In this document: piece after piece, positions 34,606-44,191 of the stretch
Numbering within the stretch: the stretch's first letter is position 1
How the letters are laid out: every line of letters begins with the position of its first letter
Assembly (NCBI GenBank): GCA_052034935.1
Contig: JBPOIB010000005.1
Coordinates: forward strand, 16,357 to 80,356
Source of the DNA: Candidatus Moraniibacteriota bacterium
GTDB taxonomy: Bacteria > Patescibacteriota > Minisyncoccia > Moranbacterales > UBA1568
Direction: 5' to 3'
DNA: 64,000 nucleotides
Made by a program: the position numbers and the translations under genes
The notes under the pieces: model-generated
Databases searched by the model: none
Told to the model about the DNA's origin: nothing
Seen by the model: only the letters and a program-made list of their open reading frames with translations

Positions 34606-37600
34606 TTAGGCCTGAGTGCTGGCAGTTGCCGGTTTGGCCAAAACTCGGTCATTATCATCGAACCACATCTCGTAGATGACGGGGATGAAGAAGAGCTTGG
34701 CGATACCGGAGAAGGAGAGTCCGGCGATGATAGCGCCCCCGAGGCCCTGCCAGATCGGGTCAGCGAGCGTGATCGGGATGAGACCGATGATGGTCGTGAG
34801 CGCGGTGAGGAGAATCGGCTCGAGCCGACTCGTTGCACCCTCGACGACCGCTTCGCGGACGGGGAGTCCGAGGTTGAGATTCTTGTTGATCTTGTCCACC
34901 ATGATGATGGAATTGTTCACCACGATGCCGAAGAGTGCGAGTACGCCAATCAAGGCTGGGAAGGAGAGCGGGATACCGAAGAGAGCAAAGATGATGAAGA
35001 CGCCCGAGACCGCAATCGGAATGACGAGGAGTACGATGAGCGCTTTACGGAACGAATTGAACTGGATTACCATCGTCCCGAAGATGAGGATGGCCGAGAG
35101 CACCATTGCATAGAGGATAGATTGAACAGACTTATTGTTCTCTTCGTTTACGCCACCGGTCTTCCAAGTGTAGCCAGCGGAAAGGCCGAGTTCAGTATCG
35201 GCGAACTTCTCGAGCGCAGCATTCAGCTCGGTTACGGCGTAGCCTTCGTCGACGCCGGCTGAGACGGAGATGCTCCGCTTCTCGTCCTCGCGGGTGATGA
35301 GAGTAGGATTCTTTTCGAGGGTGATGGTACCGAGCGAGAGGAGGGGGACCTGCTTGCCATCTTTTGTTTCAAGCAAGAGGCGCCCGAGGTCTTCGGGTGT
35401 GCCGAACTCTTCGTCGGTGAGACGGATGATGATATCGCGCTTATCTTCGCCGAATCGCACATCTTCTTTGACCGTGTAGCCGCTCCCGAGGGTGCGGAGG
35501 AAGAGAGCAGTATCGGCCGGAGTGAGGCCAGCTGCCGCGATTGCAGCATCATTCGGCGTGAAGGTGAGCTTCTTTCCGGCACTTGAAAGCGAAAGCGTGA
35601 CATTGCTCGTCCCGGCAGTCGCCTGCAGATAGGTCTTGGTCTTTTCGGCGTACGCCTGCAAGACGGAAAGGTCTTCGCCAAGAAGTTTCAATTGAAGATC
35701 GCTGCCGGCTGGCGGACCGCCGGAGAGTTGCGAGGCCGTGACAATGCCCCCGTTCCAATCAGCGAAGGCGCGCTCCAGTTCAGTGACGATTTCGCCAGAG
35801 CTCTTTTCGCGCTCCTTCGCCTTGATGAGGTGGACAGTGAAGAGGATGAGATTGTAGTCCTTGCCGGTCGCGCTTACTGCGCTGTCGGTCGGGGCGCCAG
35901 CACCGATTTCCGCGAGTACGAAATCGAGCTCAGGGAGATCTTGGAAACGTGGTAAGAGCTCGTTGACAGCTGCCACTGCCTTCGTCTCACTTATTCCAAT
36001 CGGCATCTCGGCGCTGACGTAGACGATTGTCGTGTCATCACTCGGAAAGAACTCGTTCACGACATAGCCGAGAGGAACGAGAGCATACGATCCGACCATG
36101 AAGATGATGAGAAAGACCATGGTAAGACGCCGGGCACGCTTCGAAGAGAGAATGCGCTCAATCAAAGCGCCGTACCACACCGAGAGTGAGTCAAAAGAGA
36201 GGAATCCGTGGTCTTGGAAATTCCCCCAGATTCTCCCAATCTTCGTTTCATGCCAAGCGGTCACGCTCTGGAGGAATGAGCGGATGAGACGGAAAGCGAG
36301 AAAGAGCATGATGAGGCCGAGAAGATAGAAGACCCATTTCAGCGGTCCGGCTGGCATGAGTTGGAAAAGGACAAGCGCGGCAATGATGAAGAGTGCGCCT
36401 CGCAGGAAGACAACAACACGTCGCGGAAACTTTCCCTCGAGGAAAATCGCCATGTAGGGGATGACGAGGAAAACAGCCGTGATAGCCGAGAGAGCGAGCG
36501 CCGAAGAGACGACAATCGGAATCGGCCGAATGAATTCGCCGATGATGCCAGTCGCGAGGAGGAGGGGAACGAAGGCCCAGACCGTCGTAATGGTCGTTGT
36601 CATGATGACGCCGCTGAAATCGCGGAAGACGAGGAGAGCTGTCTCGAGCGGTGTGAACTTACCGGAGCGGTGATAGCTCGCGAGGGCCGAAATGACGACG
36701 ATAGCATTGTCGACGATGATGCCGAGCGCGATGAGGAGCGAGAAGAGGGTAATGAAGTTAATCGAAATCCCTGCTGCGCCCATCACAAGAAAGGTGACGA
36801 GGAAAGTGAAGGGGATGGCAAAAGCGGTGATGAGAGATTGGCGCACTCCGAAGAAGAGGAGGAGAACGATAAAGACGAGTCCGAATGTGATGAGGAAGTC
36901 CCGCTGGAGCTGGCTGAAACTCTTATCAATTTCCTCTGCACCATCGAAGTAGAAGAGTGTTTCGAAGGCAATTGGGGAAGCGGCTCGGTAGTCGCTAATT
37001 GCTTTCTGGATGCTATCGATTGCTTCGCGCGTATCAGCGCTCTCAGTCTGGTAGACAGAAAAGAAAATCGCCCGGCTACCGGCGTGCGATGGGGTGGCAG
37101 CAAAAGCGGCGAGACTGCCGGGTTTCTCACGCTCATTGATATCAGCGATGCTTCCGAGCGCTACCGTCTGGCCTTGGAGGGAAAAAGGCAGATTGCGCAG
37201 ATCTTCGATTGAGCGAATGCCTTTTTCTTGGTCGAGCGAGAATGCAGTCGCTCCCGAAGCGATGCTGCCGCCAGGGAAACTCGATAAAGATCCTTCAATT
37301 GTCCGGCCGATGCTGGCGATATCGAGACCGTAGGCATTCAGTTTCTCTGGCGAGAGGAGAATGGAGACTTCGGGCTCGCGCCGATAGGAGAGACTCGCTT
37401 TTTCGACGGCCGGGAGCTCTTTGATTTTCTCAAGGAGACGGTCAGCAAGTTCTGGGAGTGCGCTCTCATGGCCGGGAGCCGAGACGGCAAAAAGAAGCAC
37501 CGGCTGGTTGGTGAAGTCAATTACTTCGACAGAGGGGTCCTGAGCTGCTTCGGGAAGCGTATTCACGCGATCGATGGCATTCTGGACATCGATTTTAGCT

Positions 37601-37962
37601 TTGTCCGGATCAACGGAAGAGGCGAATTCGATCACAATCGAAGAGAAGCTCTCCTGTGAGTTCGAGGTGACACGCGTGACGTCGGAGAGCCCGGTAACGG
37701 CATCTTCGAGCGGAATCGTGACAAGGTCCTCGATGTCTTCGGGCCCAGCCCCCGGAAAAGCGGTTGCGACGATAACGGTCGGAATCTGGATATCTGGGTT
37801 GAGTTCCTTCTTCAGCGAAAAATACATGGTGATGCCAGCGACGATGAGCGTCGCGGTGATGAGCAGGATCGTGCGAACGCTCGCGAAGTAGCGGCCGATG
37901 AGACCGTCTTTGAGCTTCGGGTCGAAGTGGAGCCGGTCAAAGAAGCCTTTGGTATAGGACAT
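34606..37962 (-). CDS. RND-superfamily efflux transporter permease (AcrB/HAE-like, 12 TM, two large loops)
   Basis: 1118 aa with N- and C-terminal halves of 6 TM each and the typical conserved Gly/Asp TM4/TM10 regions. Confidence 0.85.
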   Translation of the reverse strand: MSYTKGFFDRLHFDPKLKDGLIGRYFASVRTILLITATLIVAGITMYFSLKKELNPDIQIPTVIVATAFPGAGPEDIEDLVTIPLEDAVTGLSDVTRVTSNSQESFSSIVIEFASSVDPDKAKIDVQNAIDRVNTLPEAAQDPSVEVIDFTNQPVLLFAVSAPGHESALPELADRLLEKIKELPAVEKASLSYRREPEVSILLSPEKLNAYGLDIASIGRTIEGSLSSFPGGSIASGATAFSLDQEKGIRSIEDLRNLPFSLQGQTVALGSIADINEREKPGSLAAFAATPSHAGSRAIFFSVYQTESADTREAIDSIQKAISDYRAASPIAFETLFYFDGAEEIDKSFSQLQRDFLITFGLVFIVLLLFFGVRQSLITAFAIPFTFLVTFLVMGAAGISINFITLFSLLIALGIIVDNAIVVISALASYHRSGKFTPLETALLVFRDFSGVIMTTTITTVWAFVPLLLATGIIGEFIRPIPIVVSSALALSAITAVFLVIPYMAIFLEGKFPRRVVVFLRGALFIIAALVLFQLMPAGPLKWVFYLLGLIMLFLAFRLIRSFLQSVTAWHETKIGRIWGNFQDHGFLSFDSLSVWYGALIERILSSKRARRLTMVFLIIFMVGSYALVPLGYVVNEFFPSDDTTIVYVSAEMPIGISETKAVAAVNELLPRFQDLPELDFVLAEIGAGAPTDSAVSATGKDYNLILFTVHLIKAKEREKSSGEIVTELERAFADWNGGIVTASQLSGGPPAGSDLQLKLLGEDLSVLQAYAEKTKTYLQATAGTSNVTLSLSSAGKKLTFTPNDAAIAAAGLTPADTALFLRTLGSGYTVKEDVRFGEDKRDIIIRLTDEEFGTPEDLGRLLLETKDGKQVPLLSLGTITLEKNPTLITREDEKRSISVSAGVDEGYAVTELNAALEKFADTELGLSAGYTWKTGGVNEENNKSVQSILYAMVLSAILIFGTMVIQFNSFRKALIVLLVIPIAVSGVFIIFALFGIPLSFPALIGVLALFGIVVNNSIIMVDKINKNLNLGLPVREAVVEGATSRLEPILLTALTTIIGLIPITLADPIWQGLGGAIIAGLSFSGIAKLFFIPVIYEMWFDDNDRVLAKPATASTQA

Positions 37963-37968
37963 AGGGAT

Positions 37969-39132
37969 TTACTGGATCGGTTCAATAGTTTCACCCGAGA
38001 GAACGCTCGCGTTCAGGACAAGACGGGCATCTTTTTCCAAACCATCGGTAACGATTACCGAAGAGCCAATCGTGGCGCCGAGCGTCACGGCAATTTCTTT
38101 CGTGAGGTGATTTTCATCCATCAAGATGACCGAGGTCTTGTCGGCGGCTGACCGGATCGCATCGACTGGGATGAGGAGGCCGGTTTCAGTTTCTCCGACG
38201 AGCGGGAGACGAAGCGTGACAAAGCTGTTGTGTGCGAGAGTGTCGGCGGTCGCTGCCGGTAGAGCATAGGTCGCCATGACGAGACCAAGCGTGTTTTCAC
38301 TCCGGGCGAGATAACCTTGAGAAAGTACTGTCTCGCCGGTGGCCTGCTCGAGGATGGCGATGCCGGAATCGACGAGTGCATCGGCGGTCGCTTTCGGAAG
38401 CGCGGCCTCGAGGATGGCGGTTGGAGCTGTACCACGAATCGTCATGAGGACAGTGCCAGTGGAAACGAGATCGCCCGGACGAACGCCAATGTACTCAACT
38501 GTGCCACTGGCAAGGCTTTTCGGCCGGAGCGCGGCATCGCTTCGTTCAGCAATAGCGAGGTCAAGAGCGGCGTTCGAGCGCCCAAGTCGGAGGCGTTCGA
38601 GCTCGAGCTTGAGTGCCTTCAGTGCCGCCTTCTCCTCATCTTTGCTTTTCGAGCTGTCATCCTTGGCAATCTCCTTTTGCAGCTCAATAATGTCTTTCTC
38701 CAACTCGAATGTGCGCTCGGTGTAGCTAGTGCTGAGTCGAGCCTTTTCTTTTGTCAGGTCAGCAACCCCACTACCATAATCATTCGTCAGTGTTGCAAGT
38801 GTTTGTCCGACGCCGACCATCTGGCCGGTTTTGACGTGGATACTCTTTACGACACCAGGGGCAAGAGCGACGATGTCTGTGACACCTGATTTCTTCACCC
38901 GAGCAGAAACAGTTGTTTCGGTTTGATCCGTTCCCACGGTAAAAATATCGGCTGTTTTGATAGCTTTTTCTGGAAGCTCAGATTCTTTATCTGCTGTCCG
39001 CAAAGTATGCGCAAGCACGACCGTACTGAAGAGGATGACAAGCACGATAATGAAACTGACCGTTGGTCTTTTTTCCAGCCGAACGAAGAGTGCTTTGAAC
39101 ATAGAGTGAGAAAAAATGGATAGGAGGTTCAA
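37969..39132 (-). CDS. RND efflux periplasmic adaptor (membrane fusion protein)
   Basis: N-terminal TM, lipoyl-like VTDIVALAPGVVKSIHVKTGQMVGVGQTLATL, coiled-coil hairpin, beta-barrel. Confidence 0.75.
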   Translation of the reverse strand: MNLLSIFSHSMFKALFVRLEKRPTVSFIIVLVILFSTVVLAHTLRTADKESELPEKAIKTADIFTVGTDQTETTVSARVKKSGVTDIVALAPGVVKSIHVKTGQMVGVGQTLATLTNDYGSGVADLTKEKARLSTSYTERTFELEKDIIELQKEIAKDDSSKSKDEEKAALKALKLELERLRLGRSNAALDLAIAERSDAALRPKSLASGTVEYIGVRPGDLVSTGTVLMTIRGTAPTAILEAALPKATADALVDSGIAILEQATGETVLSQGYLARSENTLGLVMATYALPAATADTLAHNSFVTLRLPLVGETETGLLIPVDAIRSAADKTSVILMDENHLTKEIAVTLGATIGSSVIVTDGLEKDARLVLNASVLSGETIEPIQ

Positions 39133-39262
39133 CAGATAATAGCAGGAATAAAGCCTTTAGTCAAGCCCTGTTATGAGCTTTTCTCAGGATAATTCCCAGC
39201 TCTTTTTCACGCTGGTTTTCTCAGAGTAAGGGGAAAATAGTTCCGTGATACCATGAGAATAT

Positions 39263-41014
39263 ATGCATCAATTTATCCGAGAAAATCCAGGCAGCATCGC
39301 TCTTCTTACACTCCTCATTATTGGGCTTTTATGGCACCAACCGTGGCCGTATATTCTAGCAATTCTCGCAGGACTAGTTATTCTCGGCATCCAGTCCTGG
39401 GAGCGGATCAGGATACGGAAGTGGGACCTCGACTATATCGCGCTTCTCGCATTGACCACGTCGCTCTTCCTTGGCGAATGGCTGGCTGGTGCGATTATTG
39501 CGCTCATGATTTCTCTTTCGCGGGCGCTCGAGAATTACGGTTCGCGCCGAGCCGAAGCATCGCTCGAGGAGCTTTTCCGTCTGCTCCCCAAAGCAGCGCT
39601 CGTGAAACGGGGAGAGGGATTTGTCGAGGTGCCACTTCAAGAAATCGGGGTCGGCGAGACGATTTCGGTCCGACATCGCGAAATGGTACCGCTCGATGGG
39701 ACGCTTTCTGCCTTTGGGGGGCTTTTCAGTGAAGCGAATCTGACGGGCGAGATGGAGCCAGTCGAGTATCGATCAGGCGCGCGGCTCAGGAGCGGTATCG
39801 TGAATATGGGCGAAGCAGTTGAGGTGATGGTTGTGGGGGACTTCAGTCACTCGACGTATCAAAGCATGCTCTCGATCGTGAGCGAAGGAAAGCGGGAACC
39901 ATCTTCGCTGGTCCGGCTGGCTGGTCGGCTCAATTGGCCGTTCACCATTGTCACCATCGTTCTTTCTGTGGGTGCCTACCTTATTACTGGGGATATGGAA
40001 CGTTTTCTTGCCGTCCTCGTCGTTGCGACGCCGTGCCCGCTTCTTATTGCTGCTCCGATTGCCTTTCTCGGTGGACTTTCCAAGGCGGCACGACGTCAGG
40101 TCATCATCAAGACACCAGAAACGCTTGAGCGTCTCGCCAAGGCAACGACGATTTTTTTTGATAAAACAGGTACTCTCACGCTCGGCATCCCGAAGCTTCA
40201 AAAAGTCGAGCTGCTTGATCAGCGGTTTTCAGAGAGGGATGCTCTCGCTCTTGCTTCGGCGCTTGAAGAACATTCACTGCATCCGATTGCTCGGGCCCTG
40301 GTATTCGCGAATCGCGAGAAGAGTGGGGACGACCTTGATGCGGCTGATGTCACGGAAAAGCTCGGTGAAGGTATCAAGGGGAGTATCGCTGGGAAGAAGT
40401 ATCGCATCGAGAAGAGCGTTTCTGATTCTGGGATGGCCGTAGTGCTCGCCCAAGACGAGGGACCAATTGCCCGTTTTGTTTTCGATGACGTACCGAAACC
40501 AGGCATCGAAGCGACGTTTGACTATCTGCGTAAGCGAGGACTGAAGCTTTCCGTACTCACCGGTGACAAAGAAGTGAATGCACATCGAGTTCTCGATCGG
40601 TATGGACTCGATATCATCGCTGATTGTGATCCAGAGCGGAAAATGGCAGTTGTTGAGGAGGCGAAGAAACGGGGCGAGATTGTGATTATGGTCGGTGATG
40701 GTGTGAACGATGCACCAGCACTCGCTCTTGCGGATGTCGGGGTCGTCTTTTCTGGTACGGAAAACAGCCTCTCTCTCGAAGCAGCCGATGCGGTCATCCT
40801 AAAGCGGGATATCGGCCTTTTCCAGGAAACCATCCATATCAGCCGTCGCTCGTACCGGATTGCCCGGCAAAGTATGGTTCTTGGTATCGGACTCTCATTT
40901 CTTGGCATGCTTGCCGGCGCATTCGGCTATCTGCCGCCGGTGCACGGAGCGATTCTCCAGGAGGTGATCGACGCGCTCGTTATCGTGAATGCCGTCCGCG
41001 CTGCGTATCGCTAG
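39263..41014 (+). CDS. short P1B-like P-type ATPase (no N-terminal metal-binding domain; PCP motif)
   Basis: TGE, ATPCPLLIAAP (TM6 CPx-like), DKTGTLT, GDGVNDAPAL; 583 aa. Confidence 0.8.
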   Translation: MHQFIRENPGSIALLTLLIIGLLWHQPWPYILAILAGLVILGIQSWERIRIRKWDLDYIALLALTTSLFLGEWLAGAIIALMISLSRALENYGSRRAEASLEELFRLLPKAALVKRGEGFVEVPLQEIGVGETISVRHREMVPLDGTLSAFGGLFSEANLTGEMEPVEYRSGARLRSGIVNMGEAVEVMVVGDFSHSTYQSMLSIVSEGKREPSSLVRLAGRLNWPFTIVTIVLSVGAYLITGDMERFLAVLVVATPCPLLIAAPIAFLGGLSKAARRQVIIKTPETLERLAKATTIFFDKTGTLTLGIPKLQKVELLDQRFSERDALALASALEEHSLHPIARALVFANREKSGDDLDAADVTEKLGEGIKGSIAGKKYRIEKSVSDSGMAVVLAQDEGPIARFVFDDVPKPGIEATFDYLRKRGLKLSVLTGDKEVNAHRVLDRYGLDIIADCDPERKMAVVEEAKKRGEIVIMVGDGVNDAPALALADVGVVFSGTENSLSLEAADAVILKRDIGLFQETIHISRRSYRIARQSMVLGIGLSFLGMLAGAFGYLPPVHGAILQEVIDALVIVNAVRAAYR

Positions 41015-41087
41015 CAGTGTGACTTATTGTCAGGAGAGGTAGTATAGAGTAGTATATGAAGCCATGTTTCATTTTTAAAAAATAGTA

Positions 41088-41474
41088 ATGCTCTCGTTTA
41101 TGTTGTACAAAGATATCTCTGAAACTACTCGCTCGAATGATTGGTTTCGAAAAGAAGTTGTGACTGGGGAGAAGTCTCAGGTTATGCTGATGTGCATCGA
41201 ACCAGGAGACGAGATTGGAGAAGAAATGCATAATGTTGATCAAACACTCGTATTTATTGAAGGATCAGGGGAGGCTATCCTTGGTAAAACCATAGAAAAA
41301 TTTTCAGCGGGGGATCTCTGTTTCGTTCCAGCTGGTATGAGGCATAATTTCCGGAACACTGGTTCAGGGTCACTCAGGCTCTTTACGGTCTATGCCCCAA
41401 GCGAACATGTGGCGGGCACGAATCACAAAACCAAAGAAGACGCTGAGAACGATCCTAATGAGCAGCATGACTAA
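41088..41474 (+). CDS. cupin-domain protein
   Basis: Two cupin motifs (G.E..H.H.....E...V..G, PAGMRHNFRN). Confidence 0.6.
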   Translation: MLSFMLYKDISETTRSNDWFRKEVVTGEKSQVMLMCIEPGDEIGEEMHNVDQTLVFIEGSGEAILGKTIEKFSAGDLCFVPAGMRHNFRNTGSGSLRLFTVYAPSEHVAGTNHKTKEDAENDPNEQHD

Positions 41475-41484
41475 GGACTAAACT

Positions 41485-41943
41485 ATGTCTTGGATTGCCT
41501 ACGCTTTTCTCGCCGCTATCTCAGCCGCTATTGTCGGAGTGCTTTCGAAAATCGGTATCGTTGGAATGGATGCGACGGTCGCGACAACGATACGCGGACT
41601 ATCAATCGCCGTTTTTATGGGGGGCGCAGCGCTTCTTCTTGGCCGTTTTGAAGGGATAGCAGCGACCTCACCGAAGACGCTCCTCTTTATTATTCTAACG
41701 GGAGTGTTCGGAGGACTCTCTTGGCTTTGGGGATTTCTCGCACTTAAAGCCGGTGGTGACGCTACGGCGGTGAACGCCATCGATAAACTTTCACTAGTTT
41801 TTCTCCTTGTTCTTGCAGTTCTTTTTCTTGGTGAAGAATTTACGTGGACGAAATGTGGTGGTGTAGTCCTCATTATTCTCGGGACGCTTATTGTCACTCT
41901 CAAGCCTGAACAGTGGGCAGTCATTGCGGGTTGGTGGAAGTAG
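41485..41943 (+). CDS. small EamA/DMT-superfamily membrane protein (single repeat)
   Basis: 152 aa, 4-5 TM, EamA-like helices. Confidence 0.55.
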   Translation: MSWIAYAFLAAISAAIVGVLSKIGIVGMDATVATTIRGLSIAVFMGGAALLLGRFEGIAATSPKTLLFIILTGVFGGLSWLWGFLALKAGGDATAVNAIDKLSLVFLLVLAVLFLGEEFTWTKCGGVVLIILGTLIVTLKPEQWAVIAGWWK

Positions 41944-42050
41944 AAAAGCCTCTTCTTCGTACCGTTTCATTCGTCTCTTGTTTCGGAGTAAATTCTGTGT
42001 CATACTGCTTACGCCGTAAAGCGGCATTTTTGTTTATTCAACTTTCTTCC

Positions 42051-43508
42051 ATGGCTAAAGACAGCGTCGTTCTGCGGTTCGACAAGGTATCATTCGAATA
42101 CGGGCACAAGAAACCGATCCTTGATGAGGTAAGTTTTTCGGTGCGTCGCGGAGCGAAACTGACCCTCATGGGCCAGAACGGTGCGGGCAAGAGCTCGCTT
42201 TTCAAACTCATTACGAGCGAATCTAAGCCGGCTGCCGGTCGGATTTCAATTGACCGTGATGAGACGGTCGCTATCGGCCGCCAGACGATTCCGCGCGACC
42301 AGCTTGATTTTACGGTTGAGGAATTTTTCCAGCAGTTTTTCCATGAGAAGCAGTGGGATTTGCCGAAGCATGTCCAAAATGTGCTCGAAATCGTTCATCT
42401 GCCGATGCCGCCTATGGACAAGAAAATCCGGGCGTTTAGCGGGGGACAGCAGGCGCGGCTTCTCCTCGCATCGGCCTTGATCCAAGAGCCGGATATCTTG
42501 CTTCTCGATGAGCCGACGAACAATCTTGATGCGGACGGCATCGCTCACCTCACGCAATTCCTCATCGATTACGACAAGACCTGTATCGTCATCTCCCATG
42601 ATGCAGACTTTTTGAATTCATTCACTCAAGGTGTGCTCTATCTTGATGTCTTTACGCACAAGCTTGAGCAGTATACGGGAGACTACTATGATGTGATCGA
42701 AGAAATCGCGAAGCGTATCGCCAAAGCGGAAAGCGAGAACGTCCGACTCGAGCGGACGATCAAGGAGAAGAAAGATCAGGCGAATGTCTTTGCGAACAAA
42801 GGAGGCAAGCTCCGGGCGGTCGCGAAGCGGATGCGGACGCTCGCCGAAGACCTGGAAGAGAACAAGATGGATGTCCGCCAAGAAGATAAGACGCTTCCTG
42901 CCTTCGAGATCCCGACCCGAGGCGTTATCGGCCCCATCGTCGATATCAAGACCGTTTCGCTCATCGGCGAACTCGGACCGATGGTAAAGCAGGTGAATCT
43001 CGTTTTAAAGAAAAACACCCATCTCGTCGTGACCGGACCAAATGGTATTGGCAAGAGTACTTTTTTGGAAGCGCTGGCGACGGGCGATACGGATCGTGCC
43101 ATCATCACGCCAGGCGTTCATGTCGGCTACTACCGTCAGGATTTCTCGACGCTTGATTTCAATGAAACAGTCGCCAATACCCTGCTTGCTGTGATGGATG
43201 AGAAGAATATCCAGCTTGCCTATGCGACGGCAGCCAAATTCCTCATCCCGGCCGAGCTCCTCCAGAACAAAGTCGAGAGTCTGTCCGAGGGGCAGAAGGG
43301 ACTGCTCATGTTCGCGCGGCTGTATGCTGAAAAGCCCGACCTCCTCATTCTCGACGAGCCGACGAACCATATCAACTTCCGTCACTTGCCGGTGATCGCT
43401 GAGGCGCTCGACAAGTATACCGGCGCGATGATTCTCGTCTCGCACGTGCCGGATTTCGTCGCGCAGATCCGCATCGATGAAGTCCTCGATCTCGAAAGCC
43501 TGCTCTAA
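42051..43508 (+). CDS. ABC-F family ATPase (two ABC cassettes, no TM domain)
   Basis: Two sets of Walker A (GQNGAGKSS; GPNGIGKST), signature (FSGGQQARLLLA; LSEGQKGLLMFA) and Walker B, joined by a linker. Confidence 0.85.
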   Translation: MAKDSVVLRFDKVSFEYGHKKPILDEVSFSVRRGAKLTLMGQNGAGKSSLFKLITSESKPAAGRISIDRDETVAIGRQTIPRDQLDFTVEEFFQQFFHEKQWDLPKHVQNVLEIVHLPMPPMDKKIRAFSGGQQARLLLASALIQEPDILLLDEPTNNLDADGIAHLTQFLIDYDKTCIVISHDADFLNSFTQGVLYLDVFTHKLEQYTGDYYDVIEEIAKRIAKAESENVRLERTIKEKKDQANVFANKGGKLRAVAKRMRTLAEDLEENKMDVRQEDKTLPAFEIPTRGVIGPIVDIKTVSLIGELGPMVKQVNLVLKKNTHLVVTGPNGIGKSTFLEALATGDTDRAIITPGVHVGYYRQDFSTLDFNETVANTLLAVMDEKNIQLAYATAAKFLIPAELLQNKVESLSEGQKGLLMFARLYAEKPDLLILDEPTNHINFRHLPVIAEALDKYTGAMILVSHVPDFVAQIRIDEVLDLESLL

Positions 43509-43523
43509 GCGAGCCGAAAGAAC

Positions 43524-43552
43524 AGCCACTAATCAGTGGTTGTTTTTCTATT
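43524..43552. terminator. bidirectional terminator
   Basis: ccact-aatc-agtgg within acagccactaatcagtggttgttttt. Confidence 0.6.
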
Positions 43553-43559
43553 GGGCAAC

Positions 43560-44186
43560 CTATTCATCTTTGCAAAAGGGGAAAGTTGATGATGCTTGAT
43601 ACATCCTTACCCTCTCGCAAGCATCGTAGCCGTAGCCGTCCCTGAGCCCGATGTTCGCTCCATGCTGTACCAGAAAGGATGCAGCCCGTTCATTTTTTTG
43701 AATAATGAAATCGGTGAGAATAGTAAGGTATCTTTTCTGATCGCCTTCCGCCCTGGCATTTGGATCGGCACCATAACTGATGAGTTTCTCAGCCAGGGAA
43801 AAATCATTGAGATTGAGGCTCTGCTCGAGCGGCGTCAACCCTTGTCCATTGGGAATATTCGGGTTTGCGCCCAGCACAAGGAGCGGCTCAACTAATGAGG
43901 TATTCCAATTGATGGCGTAGAGAAGCGGGCTGTTGCCGAATCGGTCGAGACTGTCGATATCTGCCCCGCTCGCCTTTAGAGAAGTGATTCTTTCAGCACT
44001 GCCTTCTTTGACGGCGCAGTGATACGGCATGATAGTGCAGTCGAGCTCGGCCTGTTTCCGGAGCTTGGCAAAGTTCCGATTTTCAGTCGCGTGATAGGAG
44101 TATCCGAAAGCGATGAAAAAAACTCCGGCGAGTATGGCGACTGTGGCCGCTATGACCAGCCCTCGGATGAGCAGATGCCTCCACAT
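43560..44186 (-). CDS. membrane-anchored ankyrin-repeat protein
   Basis: N-terminal TM; 3-4 ANK repeats (GADIDSLDRFGNSPLLYAI; GANPNIPNGQGLTPLEQSL; GADPNARAEGD...; GANIGLRDGYGYDA). Confidence 0.7.
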   Translation of the reverse strand: MWRHLLIRGLVIAATVAILAGVFFIAFGYSYHATENRNFAKLRKQAELDCTIMPYHCAVKEGSAERITSLKASGADIDSLDRFGNSPLLYAINWNTSLVEPLLVLGANPNIPNGQGLTPLEQSLNLNDFSLAEKLISYGADPNARAEGDQKRYLTILTDFIIQKNERAASFLVQHGANIGLRDGYGYDACERVRMYQASSTFPFCKDE

Positions 44187-44191
44187 AGAAT

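Noticed and set aside
36361-37212. 283-aa acidic ORF on the plus strand
   Set aside because: It is antisense to the RND permease gene. It is low-complexity E/D/R-rich, typical of a reverse-frame translation.
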